Notes under the pieces: model-generated
What the model was told of the DNA's origin: nothing
The model's database searches: none
What the model saw: only the letters and a program-made list of their open reading frames with translations
Source: Octopus sinensis
Lineage: Eukaryota
DNA: 64,000 nucleotides
Reading direction: 5' to 3'
Assembly (NCBI RefSeq): GCF_006345805.1
Contig: NC_042998.1
Coordinates: 96,596,001-96,660,000 of the forward strand
Made by a program: the position numbers and the translations under genes
Shown: positions 39,301 to 51,269 of the stretch, in pieces
Numbering within the stretch: the stretch's first letter is position 1
How the letters are laid out: each line of letters opens with the position of its first letter

Positions 39301-40019
39301 GGCAGTTCCAAGGCTTCATTTATACATGATTCAACAGTCGCATATAGAACCTCCAAATCTAGATCACATACAAATCACTGAAGTATTTATACCTGATGCA
39401 ATAATAATAATACCTGATGCAATGATAATAAGCAACACTAAAACCCCTCTTATATGTTATCAATAAAAATGTTTTTAAAATAACAGAAGGATTTTATAAG
39501 CACGAAGATTATCTTATGCAACTTCGTTCCCATTGAATGGCATCGTAAAAGATCCTTGAGAAAGGTCGCCTAAAAGAAAAGAAAAATAAGCCTTTTGAAA
39601 ATTCCATTTGTTCTGCTAATAGTTTTACCATTTTTGTCACTTCATATTGGATAATTCTAGACGGGGAAAAAAGGAGCCCATCCCATAAGAGGAGAACCAA
39701 AGAGTTTATCTTCAATCGAGTTACAAAACGGCATGCGATCAACATCTAAAAACATCAGTTATGACTCAGCTGGATTCCTTCCAATCTGTCTGATAATTCT
39801 ATTTGCTTTTACTTTCATCATAACAGATGAAATATGATGAAAAATCTGGCTTGACTTGTATGTAATTCCAGGCATAAATTCTTTCAATCTGTTCATGTAA
39901 TTTTTCTTCCATACCATCATACTTCATAAATTTCGGAGCAAAATAAATAAATAAAATAATATTCCTTCTCCACTCCTTTCTCAAGGCCTGTTTACTATAA
40001 TCATTCATCTTAACATCTC

Positions 40020-40165
40020 CCTCTTCCTTCTCCTCCTCTTCCGCATCATCATCGCCATTATTATCATCGTCATCGACATCCCTAGCATCATCGCAATCAT
40101 CGTCGTTGTCGTCATCGTCGTCGTCGTCGTCGTCGTCATCAACATCATAATCATCATCATCAATA
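40020..40165. repeat. (TCA)n/(TCG)n low-complexity tract
   Basis: Degenerate trinucleotide repeats. Confidence 0.85.
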
Positions 40166-41134
40166 GCAACAACATTTGTTTTTGCTTTTGTTTTGTTTGT
40201 TTGTTTTTTTTTTTGTTTTTTCACTCTCGACAAAGAGCTACGGTGGATGTGTCTGCAAAAGCATGTGAATTTTAGTTGGGTGAATGGCATGTTGTTGATT
40301 GAACTTTTAAACTAATCAACGTCTTTCACCACAATTTCATGCTGATATCACCACCGGATATGAACAGCTGTCGATCGTAGCTTTTGGAAAAGTTGGGTTG
40401 CTGTGTTCAAATGCAATACTGCAAATGAAAAAAACATGCTTCTGATTCAATGCACCGCTTCTTTTAGTGGTTCATATTTACAGCTTAACAGACTGGCATC
40501 AACCAGGAGCCAGGTGCTCTCCTTGTATACAGAGCTCGGCTTGCCATGAGTCTCCAGGCCCTTCTGTATTATCCCGTATGCATAGAATCAGCCAGGCTCT
40601 TGTTCCCAATCAGTTCGTTATGTCGTCATTTCACAAACGTCTTCAACAGCTTCTTGCTCCCTTCACCTCAATACTTCTAGACAGATCGGTTTTGGATTAG
40701 TGGTGCATTGCATGTTCAAAATTCAAAGACACTGAGTCTTTGAATTTTGAGCTTTTCTATAACTTCAGAGTTTGTTACCGTGACTTTCCAGCTTATTCTG
40801 CCCAATCTGCAAAAGAATCCACATCTCAAAAGCATTTCTCTATTTTTCCATTACTCTGTACATAGCTAAGAATTAAATACCATTGCTACAGAAATAGCAC
40901 TGCGACGATGATACGGTATGCTTTATTTGCTAGTCTATGTCGCAGTATATTTATGGCTCATAAAAATTGTAGCAAACACTAGATCACAAGATAACACCGA
41001 ATGATACAATTAATGCACTTTTACCATAAGAACTGACACCGAAGAATTCAAACCTTTCCAGACTTTAGTTGGTACGTTGAATTAATCATCATCATCATCA
41101 TCAGCATCATTATTATTATGATTTTCTTTATTGA

Positions 41135-41400
41135 GGACGCATGACCTAGTGGTTAGGGTGTTGCACACAAGATCGCAAGATCGTAGTTTCAATTCCTACA
41201 CTAGGTGGTGTGTTATGTTCTTCAGTAAAACACTTCATTTCACGTTGCCCTGCGATCACTTCGACGCTTGTTGTATGATACACCTTGCACCATTTGAGCA
41301 ACGTCGATTTGATGGGGGTTGTAATCGCTATAAACAAATCATTTTTGCAGGTCGTTTGGCAAAAGCTGAACGCTCATACCTCATCTTCGACGGGAGAGCT
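41135..41400 (+). mobile_element. SINE family C
   Basis: Head gcatgacctagtggttagggtgttgcac...agtttcaattcc is shared with the copy at 62010. Confidence 0.65.
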
Positions 41401-41409
41401 CATCATTAT

Positions 41410-41962
41410 GATTATTTTTGAGTGAGAGAGAAGCACATGTCATCAAAGTGACACTAGAGTACGAAGCCCAATATACCCATCATGACTACCCGTGTGATAA
41501 GTGTACATCAGGCACATACATCACAACCATTTGTGCCGACATTGCGACATTATTTCAAGATAAACAGCGCATGACCTCCTAACTGGATGCTTAGTTAGAA
41601 TTTTCTTCATGCTGAATAGCCCATTCAGCTCAAAAGATCCTTGGATAAGGGTTGTTTAAGGATAATGAATGAAACACTTATGTTTCCAAGAGTGAATTAT
41701 TCAAACCTCTAGGAATTCCTCTCAACACATGGCTTTGATGAACTCCCACTACTCCTGCTCGTGGTCAGAGATGCACATATCGTCAGTCACTAAGGAGCAT
41801 GCTCAACTGGTTAAGGTAAAGCAAGCGGCAAGCAAATCAATAGTATTGAGCAGAATACTTACTGTAGCCCATCTTTTATACCAAAACAAAACATGTACAT
41901 GATAACACTTTCAATCAGTTAAGATAAGAAGCCATGAGAGCCACTGCCTGATACTGCATCAA
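41410..41962. repeat. Interspersed repeat of undetermined class
   Basis: It resembles an abundant Octopus repeat that I recall from memory. It is single-copy in this window and has no recognisable ORF. Confidence 0.35.
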
Positions 41963-42522
41963 GGCGGTGAGCTGGCAGAGTCGTTAGCACGCTGAGCAAA
42001 ATGTTAAGCAGCATATCATTTGCCATTGTGCTTTGAGTTCAAATTCCACCGAGATGGACTTTGCCTTTCATCTTTTCGGGGTCAGTGTTATCAACTTACC
42101 CACTCCCATAAAAATCTGCTGGCCCTGTACCAAAAATTTCAAACCATTATTACTATTATTAATGCCGCAAGCTGGCAGAATCAATAGCACGCCGGACAAA
42201 ATGCTTAGTGGTATTTCTTCCGGTTTTGTGCTCTGAGTATAAATTCCGCCGAGTTGACTTTTGCTTTTCGTTCTTTTGGGGTCGAAAGACAGATGAAATG
42301 CCGCTAAGCATTTTGCCCGGAATGCTAACGAATCTGCCAGCTCAATGCATTAATGTTAGTATTCAAACCGGCCATATCCGTCCAAAATATTAAAATATTG
42401 GTGTTGAAACAGGTCAGATCTACCCTCTCACCTCAACTCTACAACGTCAATATGAAACTAAACAATAACACCATCGACATCTCTAGCAACAATATAATGC
42501 GTAATTAATTCAAAACAATATA

Positions 42523-42863
42523 AACAAGAGCACTCAGAGAGCGCAAACCTCCACCAAGGCAACACCAACGTCCTCTTAACCAGAGATGATTTATTTTTAA
42601 AATGAGAATATCTGAAATAAACTCGACTGCTCTCACAAACGAGAATACTAAAAGTGAACCCGGAAAAACAATCCAGAATCCTTGTCCGATACCGGATCGA
42701 TTCCAAAATTTAATCAGTTCGTGCCAGTCACGAGGCCAAACATCCCTGAAAGTTTCATCCGAATCCACACAACGATTACTGAGATATCTTGTCTATGGAC
42801 AAATAAGCAAACAAACAAACACGACTGAAACAATACATCCACCTCCGCTGAGGCGGCGGTAAT
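42523..42863. mobile_element. Non-autonomous Helentron/HINE-like element
   Basis: Starts acaagagcactcagagagcgcaaacctccaccaagg and ends in the hairpin acctccgctgaggcggcggt, with an internal (AAAC)n tract. The acctcc motif occurs near both ends. The class is inferred from architecture. Confidence 0.5.
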
Positions 42864-42909
42864 AAACAAGCAATACATTTGACAGAGTAATCTGAATACT
42901 AAACGGTTA

Positions 42910-43395
42910 ATATTGGTTTCAAATTTGGCCACAAGGGCAGCAATTTCAGGGGTGGGGATAAGTTGATTACATCAACCTCGTTGCTCAACTGGCACTTATT
43001 TTATCGACTCCGAAAGGCTGAAACGCAAAGTCGACCTCGAACGAAATGCCGCTAAACATTTCACCCGTCGTGCTAACGATTCTGCCAGCTCACCGCCTTA
43101 CTAATATCAATATTAATACCACTTCTTATAAGGCGACTAACTGGCAGAATCGTTAGCAGGCCAGGCAAAATGCTTAGCAGTATTCCATCCGTCTTCACGT
43201 TCTAAGTTCAAATTATGTCTTCATGTTCTAAGTTCAAATTCAGTCTTCACGTTCTAAGTTCAAATTCCATCAAGGTTGACTTTGCCTTTGATCCTTTCAG
43301 TGCCGATAAAATAAGTACCAGTTGAGTGCTGGAGTCAACATAATCGACTGACCTCTTCCTCTGAAACTGGTGGCCTTCAACCAAAAATTGAAACC
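42910..43395. mobile_element. Head-to-head inverted pair of SINE family B copies
   Basis: A minus copy at ~42910-43100 and a plus copy at ~43130-43395. Confidence 0.8.
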
Positions 43396-43864
43396 AATAT
43401 TAATAGCACTTTTTATGCTGCTGCTACCGTTACTGTTGTTGCTATGTTGTTCTTACTATTACTACTACTACTACTACTACTACGACTACTACTACTACGC
43501 CCACCATCACTAACATCAATACCACCACCGACACCAACATCACCACTACAACTATTTATAGGCAGATACACGATGCGGTAAATGAGTAAATGCTTCCAAG
43601 CTCTAATCTGAAATCAATTCCAAGTTATCAGGAGGTAAGGGGAAACGGACGTGGGGAGGTAATCTATAATTACTACAAGGGTTTTTTTTTTTTAATATAA
43701 CATCAAAACCTACGGCCATCTTGTATTAGATTAAAAATTGAAATTGCGAATTGTAATCATTTTACTAAATCATTAATTAGAAGTTCGTGTTAAACTATCA
43801 ACTCCTAACTTTGATCAGTATTTTAAATTATATTTCTATTTTACCTTGATTTCTTTATTTATTT

Positions 43865-44920
43865 TCAGGTGTGTCCGTGTGGTTAAGAAGTCTGCTTCGC
43901 AACTATGCGGTTTCGGTTTCGGTATAAATGCTTGGCGTTCTGAGCAGGCATCTTCTTCTGTAGCTCAGGACTGCTCAGTGTCATATGAGTGCATTTGCTA
44001 GGCGGAAACTGTGCGGAAACCTGTCAAACACATACACATGTATTTATGTGAGGCGGTGACCTGACAGAAACGTTAGTACGCCGGGCGAAATGCTTAGCCG
44101 TATTTCGTCTGCTGTTACGTTCTGAGTTCAAATTCCGCCGAGGTCGACATTCCCTTTCATCCTTTCCGGGTCGATTAAATAAGTACCAGTTACGCACTGG
44201 GGTCGATATAATCTGTTTGTCTGTCCTTGTTTATCCTCTCTCTGTTTAGCCCCTTGTGGGTAGTAAAGAATTAGAAATAAGTATTTCATCTGCCGTTACG
44301 TTCTGAGTTCAAATTCCGCCGAGGTCGACTTTGCCTTTCATCCTTTCGGGGTCGATAAATTAAGTATCAGTTGCGTACTGAGGTCGATGTAATCGACTCA
44401 ATCCGTTTGTCTATCCTTGTTTGTCCCGTCTATGTTTAGCCCGTTGTGGGCAATAAAGAAATATATATGTATGTATATATGCATGCGCATGTGTGTATGC
44501 ATGTATGTACATTTATCGCTATATACTTAATAAAAGAGTTCAGCAAAGATTTGCTTTACCACATACCGAAGTTTAGAAATAGCAGCCAAAAATCTTAGCT
44601 ATTTCTTCTACTTTTCATACCGAATTCTACTTGGTGAAATAATTGATTACTTCTTAATTAATTAATTTTACCCTTTGTTATTATTTATCTCTATATATGT
44701 ATGTGCTTGTGCATGTATGTGAGAGTGCACATGCATCTCTGTTTGTGTTCGTCTCTCACAACCGGTGTAGGTTCGTTTGCGTTTTTGTAACTTACTAGTT
44801 CAAAGAGTGGTAGAAAATGTAGCAGACTTTAAAATTAGTATTGAGGTCTATTTCATTACAATCTCCAAAGAGATGCTCCAGCGTAGCTGCAGTCCAATGA
44901 CTGAAACAAGTAAAGGAAAA
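43865..44920 (+). mobile_element. Degraded SINE family A interrupted by a family B dimer (44050-44462) and other sequence
   Basis: The family A head is at 43865-44030 and its tail at ~44740-44920. A family B dimer sits in its internal microsatellite. Confidence 0.65.
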
Positions 44921-44989
44921 AGAAACAGTAGCTTATGCATTTTAACCACTCTATGGTTTTTATGCATTTTATGCACTCTATGCATTTTA

Positions 44990-45280
44990 ACCAAAATGCA
45001 AATATATGGGAAACTACTACCTGTGTCATCTCTTGTGAAAGGTAGGAGAGTCCAGTTTGCTGGACATTGTTGTAGAGCTGAAAAAGAAGTAATTTCTACT
45101 CTTCTCCTCTGGAAGCCATCTACTCGCAATACCAGAGGGCGCACACTCTCCTACCCTGATGTAATCTCCAGGGATACAGGCATCCAGCAACAGGACCTCC
45201 GTAATGCCATGATGGACCGTGAAGTCTGGCGTAGCATGGTAAATTCCATTGTCTCGACCACGGTCGAACAATGATGATGA
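44990..45280 (+). mobile_element. RTE-clade LINE 3' end, 5'-truncated, with (TGA)n tail and 13-bp TSD
   Basis: RRVQFAGHCCR...LLLWKP...RGR...MDREVWR then tgatgatga. actctatggtttt occurs at 44948-44960 and 45280-45292. Confidence 0.88.
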
Positions 45281-45756
45281 CTCTATGGTTTTATCGGGAA
45301 AATATATATCATAACATATTAAATTTTAAATTATTTCATTTAAGACTTATTATAAGGAGAGAAAGAAACACTAATATCTGAGGAAACTAGTGACGTCTGC
45401 ATCAACAAAGTAGAACAAAACAATAAACGAAAATCGTTAAATAAGACAAGTTTATGTACCGTGAAGAGAGGCGAGGTCTTCAAAGAAAAACGCCTAGCAA
45501 ATATAAAAGGAAAGGACAGAACTCGTCTCGCCTCACAGCACACGGTTTTTGTTATATGTAAAGTTTGCTATTTTTGTAAGGTTAGCTTTTTTGTTTTTTT
45601 TTTTCTTGGTTTGTTTTTTTATCTTGTATTTGTTCCTGAAGTTCTGTAGTACACTATGTTGCCAAAAATGTAAGCAAAAAGGAAATATATACTTTAAAAA
45701 ATGCTACCAAATAACATAAAGACTAATTAATTCTATACTATAAGGTGTGCGCGTGA

Positions 45757-46148
45757 AGGCGGCGAGCTGGCAGAAACGTTAGCACGCCGGACGAAATGCG
45801 TAGCCGTATTTCGTCTGCCGCTACGTTCTGAGTTTAAATTCCACTGAGGTCGACTTTGCCTGTCATCCTTTCGGGGTCGATAGATTAAGTACCAGTTACG
45901 TACTGCGGTCGATATAATCGACTTAATCCGTTTGTCTGTCCTTGTTTGTCCTCTTATGTGTTTAGCCCCTTGTGGGTAGTAAAGAAATAGGTATTTCGTC
46001 TGCCGCTACGTTCTGAGTTCAAATTCCGTCAAGATCGACTTTATCTTTCATTCTTTCGGTGTCTATAAATGAAGTACCAGTTGCATACTGGTTCGATCTA
46101 ATCGATTGTCCCCTCCCCCAAAATTTATGTGCCTAGAGTAGAAAAGAA
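45757..46148 (+). mobile_element. SINE family B dimer
   Basis: A full monomer with Tx1-like tail is joined at aaagaaatag|gtatttcgtc to a 5'-truncated monomer with a different tail. Confidence 0.88.
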
Positions 46149-47683
46149 TGAATGTGCGTTTGTGCTTGTGTATATAAATGTGTGTGCGTGCATGTATGTA
46201 TGTATATATATATATGTGTGTGTGTGTGGTGTGTGTGTGTGTTACTGCTTTTGTCTTTCACACTGGTAAAGTTTTTCTATCTGACAATGTTGAAGCATAG
46301 CTGTATGGTCAACAAATTTCCTGCTTTACAGCTACGTGGTTCTGGGCTCGATCTTACTTCGTGACGAATCGGATAAGTTGCTCTTTCTTTCTGAAATGAA
46401 TTATCATTAACGCTAACATTTACTCGCATTACGAGTATAATTAATTTCAGTTGATTTCAATTCACAACAAAGTATATCAACTCACACTTTGTAACATACT
46501 CACATACACGAGCACATAAGCGCAAGCCTCTGATTCTATGTATGTTAAGATAGAGACACATTCACGGCCACAAACCCCCACAGAACACTTACATACACCA
46601 TATAACCACACGGTATAGGTTATAACCCTCTAATGTTTAATTATACATCTATTACTTTTACCGAATTTTAAAGTATTAACTCCTATGATTTCAATCTAAA
46701 CTTACCAAAATCTGTGGAAATTCCAGTTTTTATAAATGTTCTAATTTTTATTTTGATGAATAAATTTATAGACATTTATTGTTTCATTATGGTAAAGATG
46801 TCAATTATGTCAGCGATTTTGTTCCATTGTTAAGGTTGTTGAAAGCGCAACACTCACATTTGTTTCTTTATACTGTAGCTTCGTTCGGTCGTCGTTCGAG
46901 GTCCCCATTTTGCAGTTGCGTTATGTTTAACATGTTGAATAATTAATAAGAGAAAGAATTGTCTTCAACAATGTTTAATAACACTAAATATTTTAATATA
47001 CATTGTCAAATGATAAGAGCAGAAATATTTGCATTAGAACACAATTGACGGTTTCGGTAGGAATAATCTCTTAGAGAGAAAGAAGAGAGATGAAAATTAA
47101 TAAACGTGAATCTAAATGCACAAAGCCTCCAGCCGCATTCTGAAAAAGCCCTTAAGAGATTTGATTTCCAAGTTTTTTATAAGCTCACCAAGACATTCTA
47201 GAACGTGCGGGAAATTAATTTTTTTCTTCCTTGATTGTCATAGCCTATCACCAACTGAATTCACATAGTATTCACTGGATATTACGTAATCAAGTATTAT
47301 TATTCACACGTGGCAATTATCTTTAGTCAACATTACCAAATATAGTAATACTATTCATCAGCGGTTTCTGGCTTTCAAACTTACGACATTCCTTATTGAA
47401 TTCCAAAAAGGTTATTTATATCGATATTAAATTTTTTTCGATTTTGTTCCATGGTTAAATCTATTTAAAGTATGATACACAAAAATATGCATGATTAAAG
47501 GTAGGAACAAGAAGAATAACACTACAGATTATATTTGACGCTAGAAACCTTAATTTGAGACAAAGACGTGAAATAAACTACGTAACGCGGTTACCCGGAA
47601 AGGGATTGGTAAATAACTCTACTCACGCTGGAGTTATTTCTGTTTAAAAAGTTTGTCTATAATACCTAATGTGGAAATCTGAA

Positions 47684-47915
47684 AGGCGGCGAGCTGGCAG
47701 AAACGTTTTCACTCCGGGCGAAATGCGTAGCCGTATTTCGTGTGCCGTTACGTTCTGGGTTCAAATTCCACCGAGGTCGACTCTGCCTTTCATCCTTTCG
47801 GGGTCGATAAATTAAGAACCAGCTACGCACCGGGGTCGATGTAATCGACTTAATCCGTTTGTCTGTCCTCGTTTGTCCCCTCTGTGTTTAGCCCCTTGTG
47901 GGTAGTAAAGAAATA
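47684..47915 (+). mobile_element. SINE family B monomer with Tx1-like tail and 17-bp TSD
   Basis: taatgtggaaatctgaa (47667-47683) and taatgtagaaatctgaa (47916-47932) flank the copy. Confidence 0.92.
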
Positions 47916-47954
47916 TAATGTAGAAATCTGAATTGTTTTAAAGCAGCATATATT

Positions 47955-48815
47955 GTTATTATTTCTTTTTATCACAGCTTTTGTTGGAACTCCGAAAGTT
48001 TTGCATGCGTGGCTGGCTTGCTACCTGCAACCTACGGTACATTGCTATGCGTTCTTTTCAACTAATACTTTCTTGATTGTTCTGGTCGTGCCTAGGAGGA
48101 ACACGTTTTGTAAAAGTTCTACTGTCTTCACTTCTGATCCAGCATTCAATTACCGTTCGGTTTGCCTCCTTATACCACCTTCTTCTCTGGCTTTGTGTAT
48201 AAGCAGTCTTTAGATGACAACCGGGCTTGCACTGCTCAACCACAGAACACTTGCCGGGCGAAAAGCTTTCACCTTTGGTTCCAGCCCCATTAACATCATT
48301 ATTTGATACATTTGTATTAGACATTTTCACTCGACATTGAAGTTTGTGGGATCTTTTCGGTTTGAACGGCAGTTTTTTTCTAGCGGTGTCATATGAAATT
48401 GTCACCCATAATTATGACCCTAGTATCGATCTATTGCATTTCAAGCTGTTTTAGTGTTAGGGTTAGGGGTGGGGGGAAGGTTATCTTTTTTTCTTCACAA
48501 ATGTAAATAAACCCAATCTGTTTCTTAAACGAGGGACATATTCATACGGCACAGAATGTTTTTTTTTTACCTCAATGGACGTTATTGATTGGTTGAAATT
48601 GCAGAAATTGAAGAAAAAGAACAACAAATATCTTACAAACTATAGAATTTTCTCAACAAATCCAAGAGAAAAAGATTTTTTATAAACACATTCTGCAAGT
48701 ATACGTAGTTTAAAATTTTTTGGTTACCTAGAAATTATGTTAAAAACTGCCGTTCAAACCGAAAAGATCCAGTTTGTATTTTAAGGTTAGCCACCAACCG
48801 GTATTTTTATCGAGT
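47955..48815 (-). mobile_element. Internally deleted R4/Dong-like element interrupted by a MITE
   Basis: N-terminal RRRWYKEANRTVIECWIRS is fused directly to C-terminal ELLQNVFLLGTTRTIKKVL. The 3' part is homologous to 51300-51395. Confidence 0.6.
48349..48770. mobile_element. MITE with perfect 29-bp TIRs and ~8-bp TSD
   Basis: ggatcttttcggtttgaacggcagttttt (48349-48377) and its reverse complement (48742-48770). Flanks are agtttgtg and agtttgta. Confidence 0.92.
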
Positions 48816-48845
48816 ATTATTTTTATCATTATTATTATTATTATT

Positions 48846-49060
48846 AAGGCAGCGAGCTGGCAGAATCGTTAGCGCGCCGGACGAAATGCTTAGCAGTATT
48901 TCGTCTGCCGTTACGTTCTGGGTTAAAATTCCGCCGATGTCGACTTCGCCTTTCATCCTTTCGAAGTCGATAAATTAAGTGCCAGTTACGCACTGGGGTC
49001 GATGTAATTGACTAGTCCCCTCCCCAAAAGTTTCAGGCCTTGCGTCTACAGCAGAAAGGA
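48846..49060 (+). mobile_element. SINE family B
   Basis: Family B consensus, located in an (ATT)n tract. Confidence 0.88.
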
Positions 49061-49176
49061 TTATTATCATTGTTATTATTATTATCGTTTATTAGTATCA
49101 CATTATTATATCATCATACATCATTATGGATAGACTACATTACTCTATAAGGAGCATAGAGCTGGTTTCCCAGTTT

Positions 49177-49231
<55 letters not shown>

Positions 49232-49239
49232 CTTCATGG

Positions 49240-49408
49240 GGTGGGGTCACTCGTCCGTTGCAGGGCTACTCATTTTTACCAGCTGAGTGGACTGGAGCAA
49301 CGTAATATGAAGTGTTTTTGCTCAAGAGCACAACGCATCGCCCAGTCCAAGAATCGAAACTACAATCTTACGATCATGAGTTCAACACCCTAACAACTAA
49401 ACCATGCA
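49240..49408 (-). mobile_element. SINE family C
   Basis: cagctgagtggactggagcaacg...ttgctcaagagcacaacgcatcgccc. Confidence 0.7.
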
Positions 49409-49420
49409 TCTCTACATACA

Positions 49421-49812
49421 CTTTTTTCTACTCTAGGCACAAGGCCCGAAATTTGGGGGGAGGGGTCATTCGATTAGATCGACCCCAGTATGCAATTGGT
49501 ACTTATTTTATCGACCCCTGAAAGGCAAAGTCGACCTCGGCGGAATTTGAACTCAGAACGTAGCGGCAGACGAAATACCTATTTCTTTACTACCCACAAG
49601 GGGCTAAACACAGAGAGGACAAACAAGGACAGACAAACGGATTAAGTCGATTACATCGACCCCAGTGCGTAACTGGTACTGATTTAATCGACCCCGAAAG
49701 GATGAAAGGCAAAGTCGACCTCGGCGAAATTTGAACTCAGAACGTAGCGGCAGACGAAATACCGCTAAGCATTTCGCCCGGCGTGCTAACGCTTCTGCCA
49801 GTTCGCCGCCTT
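49421..49812 (-). mobile_element. SINE family B dimer with 13-bp TSD
   Basis: It has the same internal junction as 45757-46148. Flanks are atctctacataca (49408) and atctccacataca (49813). Confidence 0.9.
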
Positions 49813-50799
49813 ATCTCCACATACATAATTAGAGCGAACTAAATACATACAATAAAAACCTTATAAAATAGTTTCTTAGTAAAATACAACAAATTTTCAA
49901 AGATATTCTTCCTTAACGTTCGTATCAATAAAGACTCGGGACACGAAATTATAAACCTTTACTGACTGATTGTAATGCACACTTGAAACGAAACAATCAT
50001 AAATTTTTATATTTATGGATAATTCTTATATTTATTTGTATTTTATAGAGTTGTGACTTTTACTATGCTAGCCTCGCAATATTGATGTTCAGCGTACAAT
50101 TTCTGAATGTATTTAGTAGCTGCTACCGCTGATGATGATGACGACGACGAGAAGGAGGAAGACAATTATGATGACAATGAGGAAATGACATCTATGACGT
50201 GGGTGACAATTGCAGCGTTTTATCCCTCCTCGACCATAAACGTTTAAAATTCTCCGTTTTGTCTGTTTACTGTAATTAATTGTAATGTGGTCGAAATATA
50301 TGCATGAAAAAAGAATTAATGAGATACGGAGGAGGGGAAGGAAGAAGAGGAGGAGTGTGTTGCTCAAGGCGGAAGAGGAAGAAGAAAAGGATAACGACAA
50401 CAGCTGTGACGTCAACGATTATGACGTTGCTGCTGTTTAAAAATGACTTATTTAGGCTGTTTATGATTTTTTTATTCATTTAGCTTTGTTAAGAATTGCT
50501 AATACTATTCTCACTGTTAGAGGATCGAATTTGTTTGCATTTAAACGTAGGCAAAAAGGCACAAAACAAACTAGAAAAATATCTGAATCTTCATGATTTT
50601 CATTAGAGAATTAGCGGCAAAAATGAAGTGTTATACTTTCAAACCGTATTTGAAAACAGCACAGATATATATCGTCAGGCAGTGGCAGTTGAAGACTGGT
50701 TCTACCATTGAAAAGGATATAACTTTGCCTTGTCCATTCCCACGTTGAAACTCCTTGGTTAAAACGCTTGCTATATTTATGTATGTATATATGTACGCT

Positions 50800-50970
50800 T
50801 TGCGGCATTTTGTCCGTATTTACTTTCTGAGTTCAAATTCCGCCGAGGTCGACTTTGCTTTTGATCTTTTCGGGGTCGATAAAAATAGTTCCTGTTGAAA
50901 ACTAGGGCCAATATAATCAACTAACCCTTTCCCCTAAAATTACTGGCCTTGTGCTAAAATTTGAAACCGT
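50800..50970 (+). mobile_element. SINE family B, 5'-truncated
   Basis: gagttcaaattccgccgaggtcgactttgc...ggccttgtgctaaaatttgaaacc. Confidence 0.8.
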
Positions 50971-51269
50971 TGTTGTCGCTTTTGTTATTTAAACTCAGTG
51001 AGTTAGCGGAAACAGAGCATCGGATAAAATACATGGCGGCATTTGCTTCAGCTCTTTGCAATCTGCGTTCAAATACCACCCAGTATAACTTTATATAAAA
51101 TAAGCACCACTTAAGCACTGAAGTGTATGTAATTGGCTACTTCCTCCCGCTAAGAATGCTGGCCTTGTGCCTATATTTGAAAGAATTATTTTGGTTTGGC
51201 TCAGGTTTGGCCTTATTCCTGGTAAGAATTAAGTTGATAGCACCTGAGCCAAACCAAAATATTATTCCC

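Noticed and set aside
39799-40290. 163-aa acidic ORF
   Set aside because: Built on a (GAT/GAC)n low-complexity tract. The remainder has no recognisable motif, although a small exon cannot be excluded.
40440-40960. Possible ancient RTE 3' fragments (also 8600-8800)
   Set aside because: Only a vague peptide resemblance, too degraded to support.
48451-48470. Interstitial telomere
   Set aside because: Only about three degenerate TTAGGG units, internal to a MITE.
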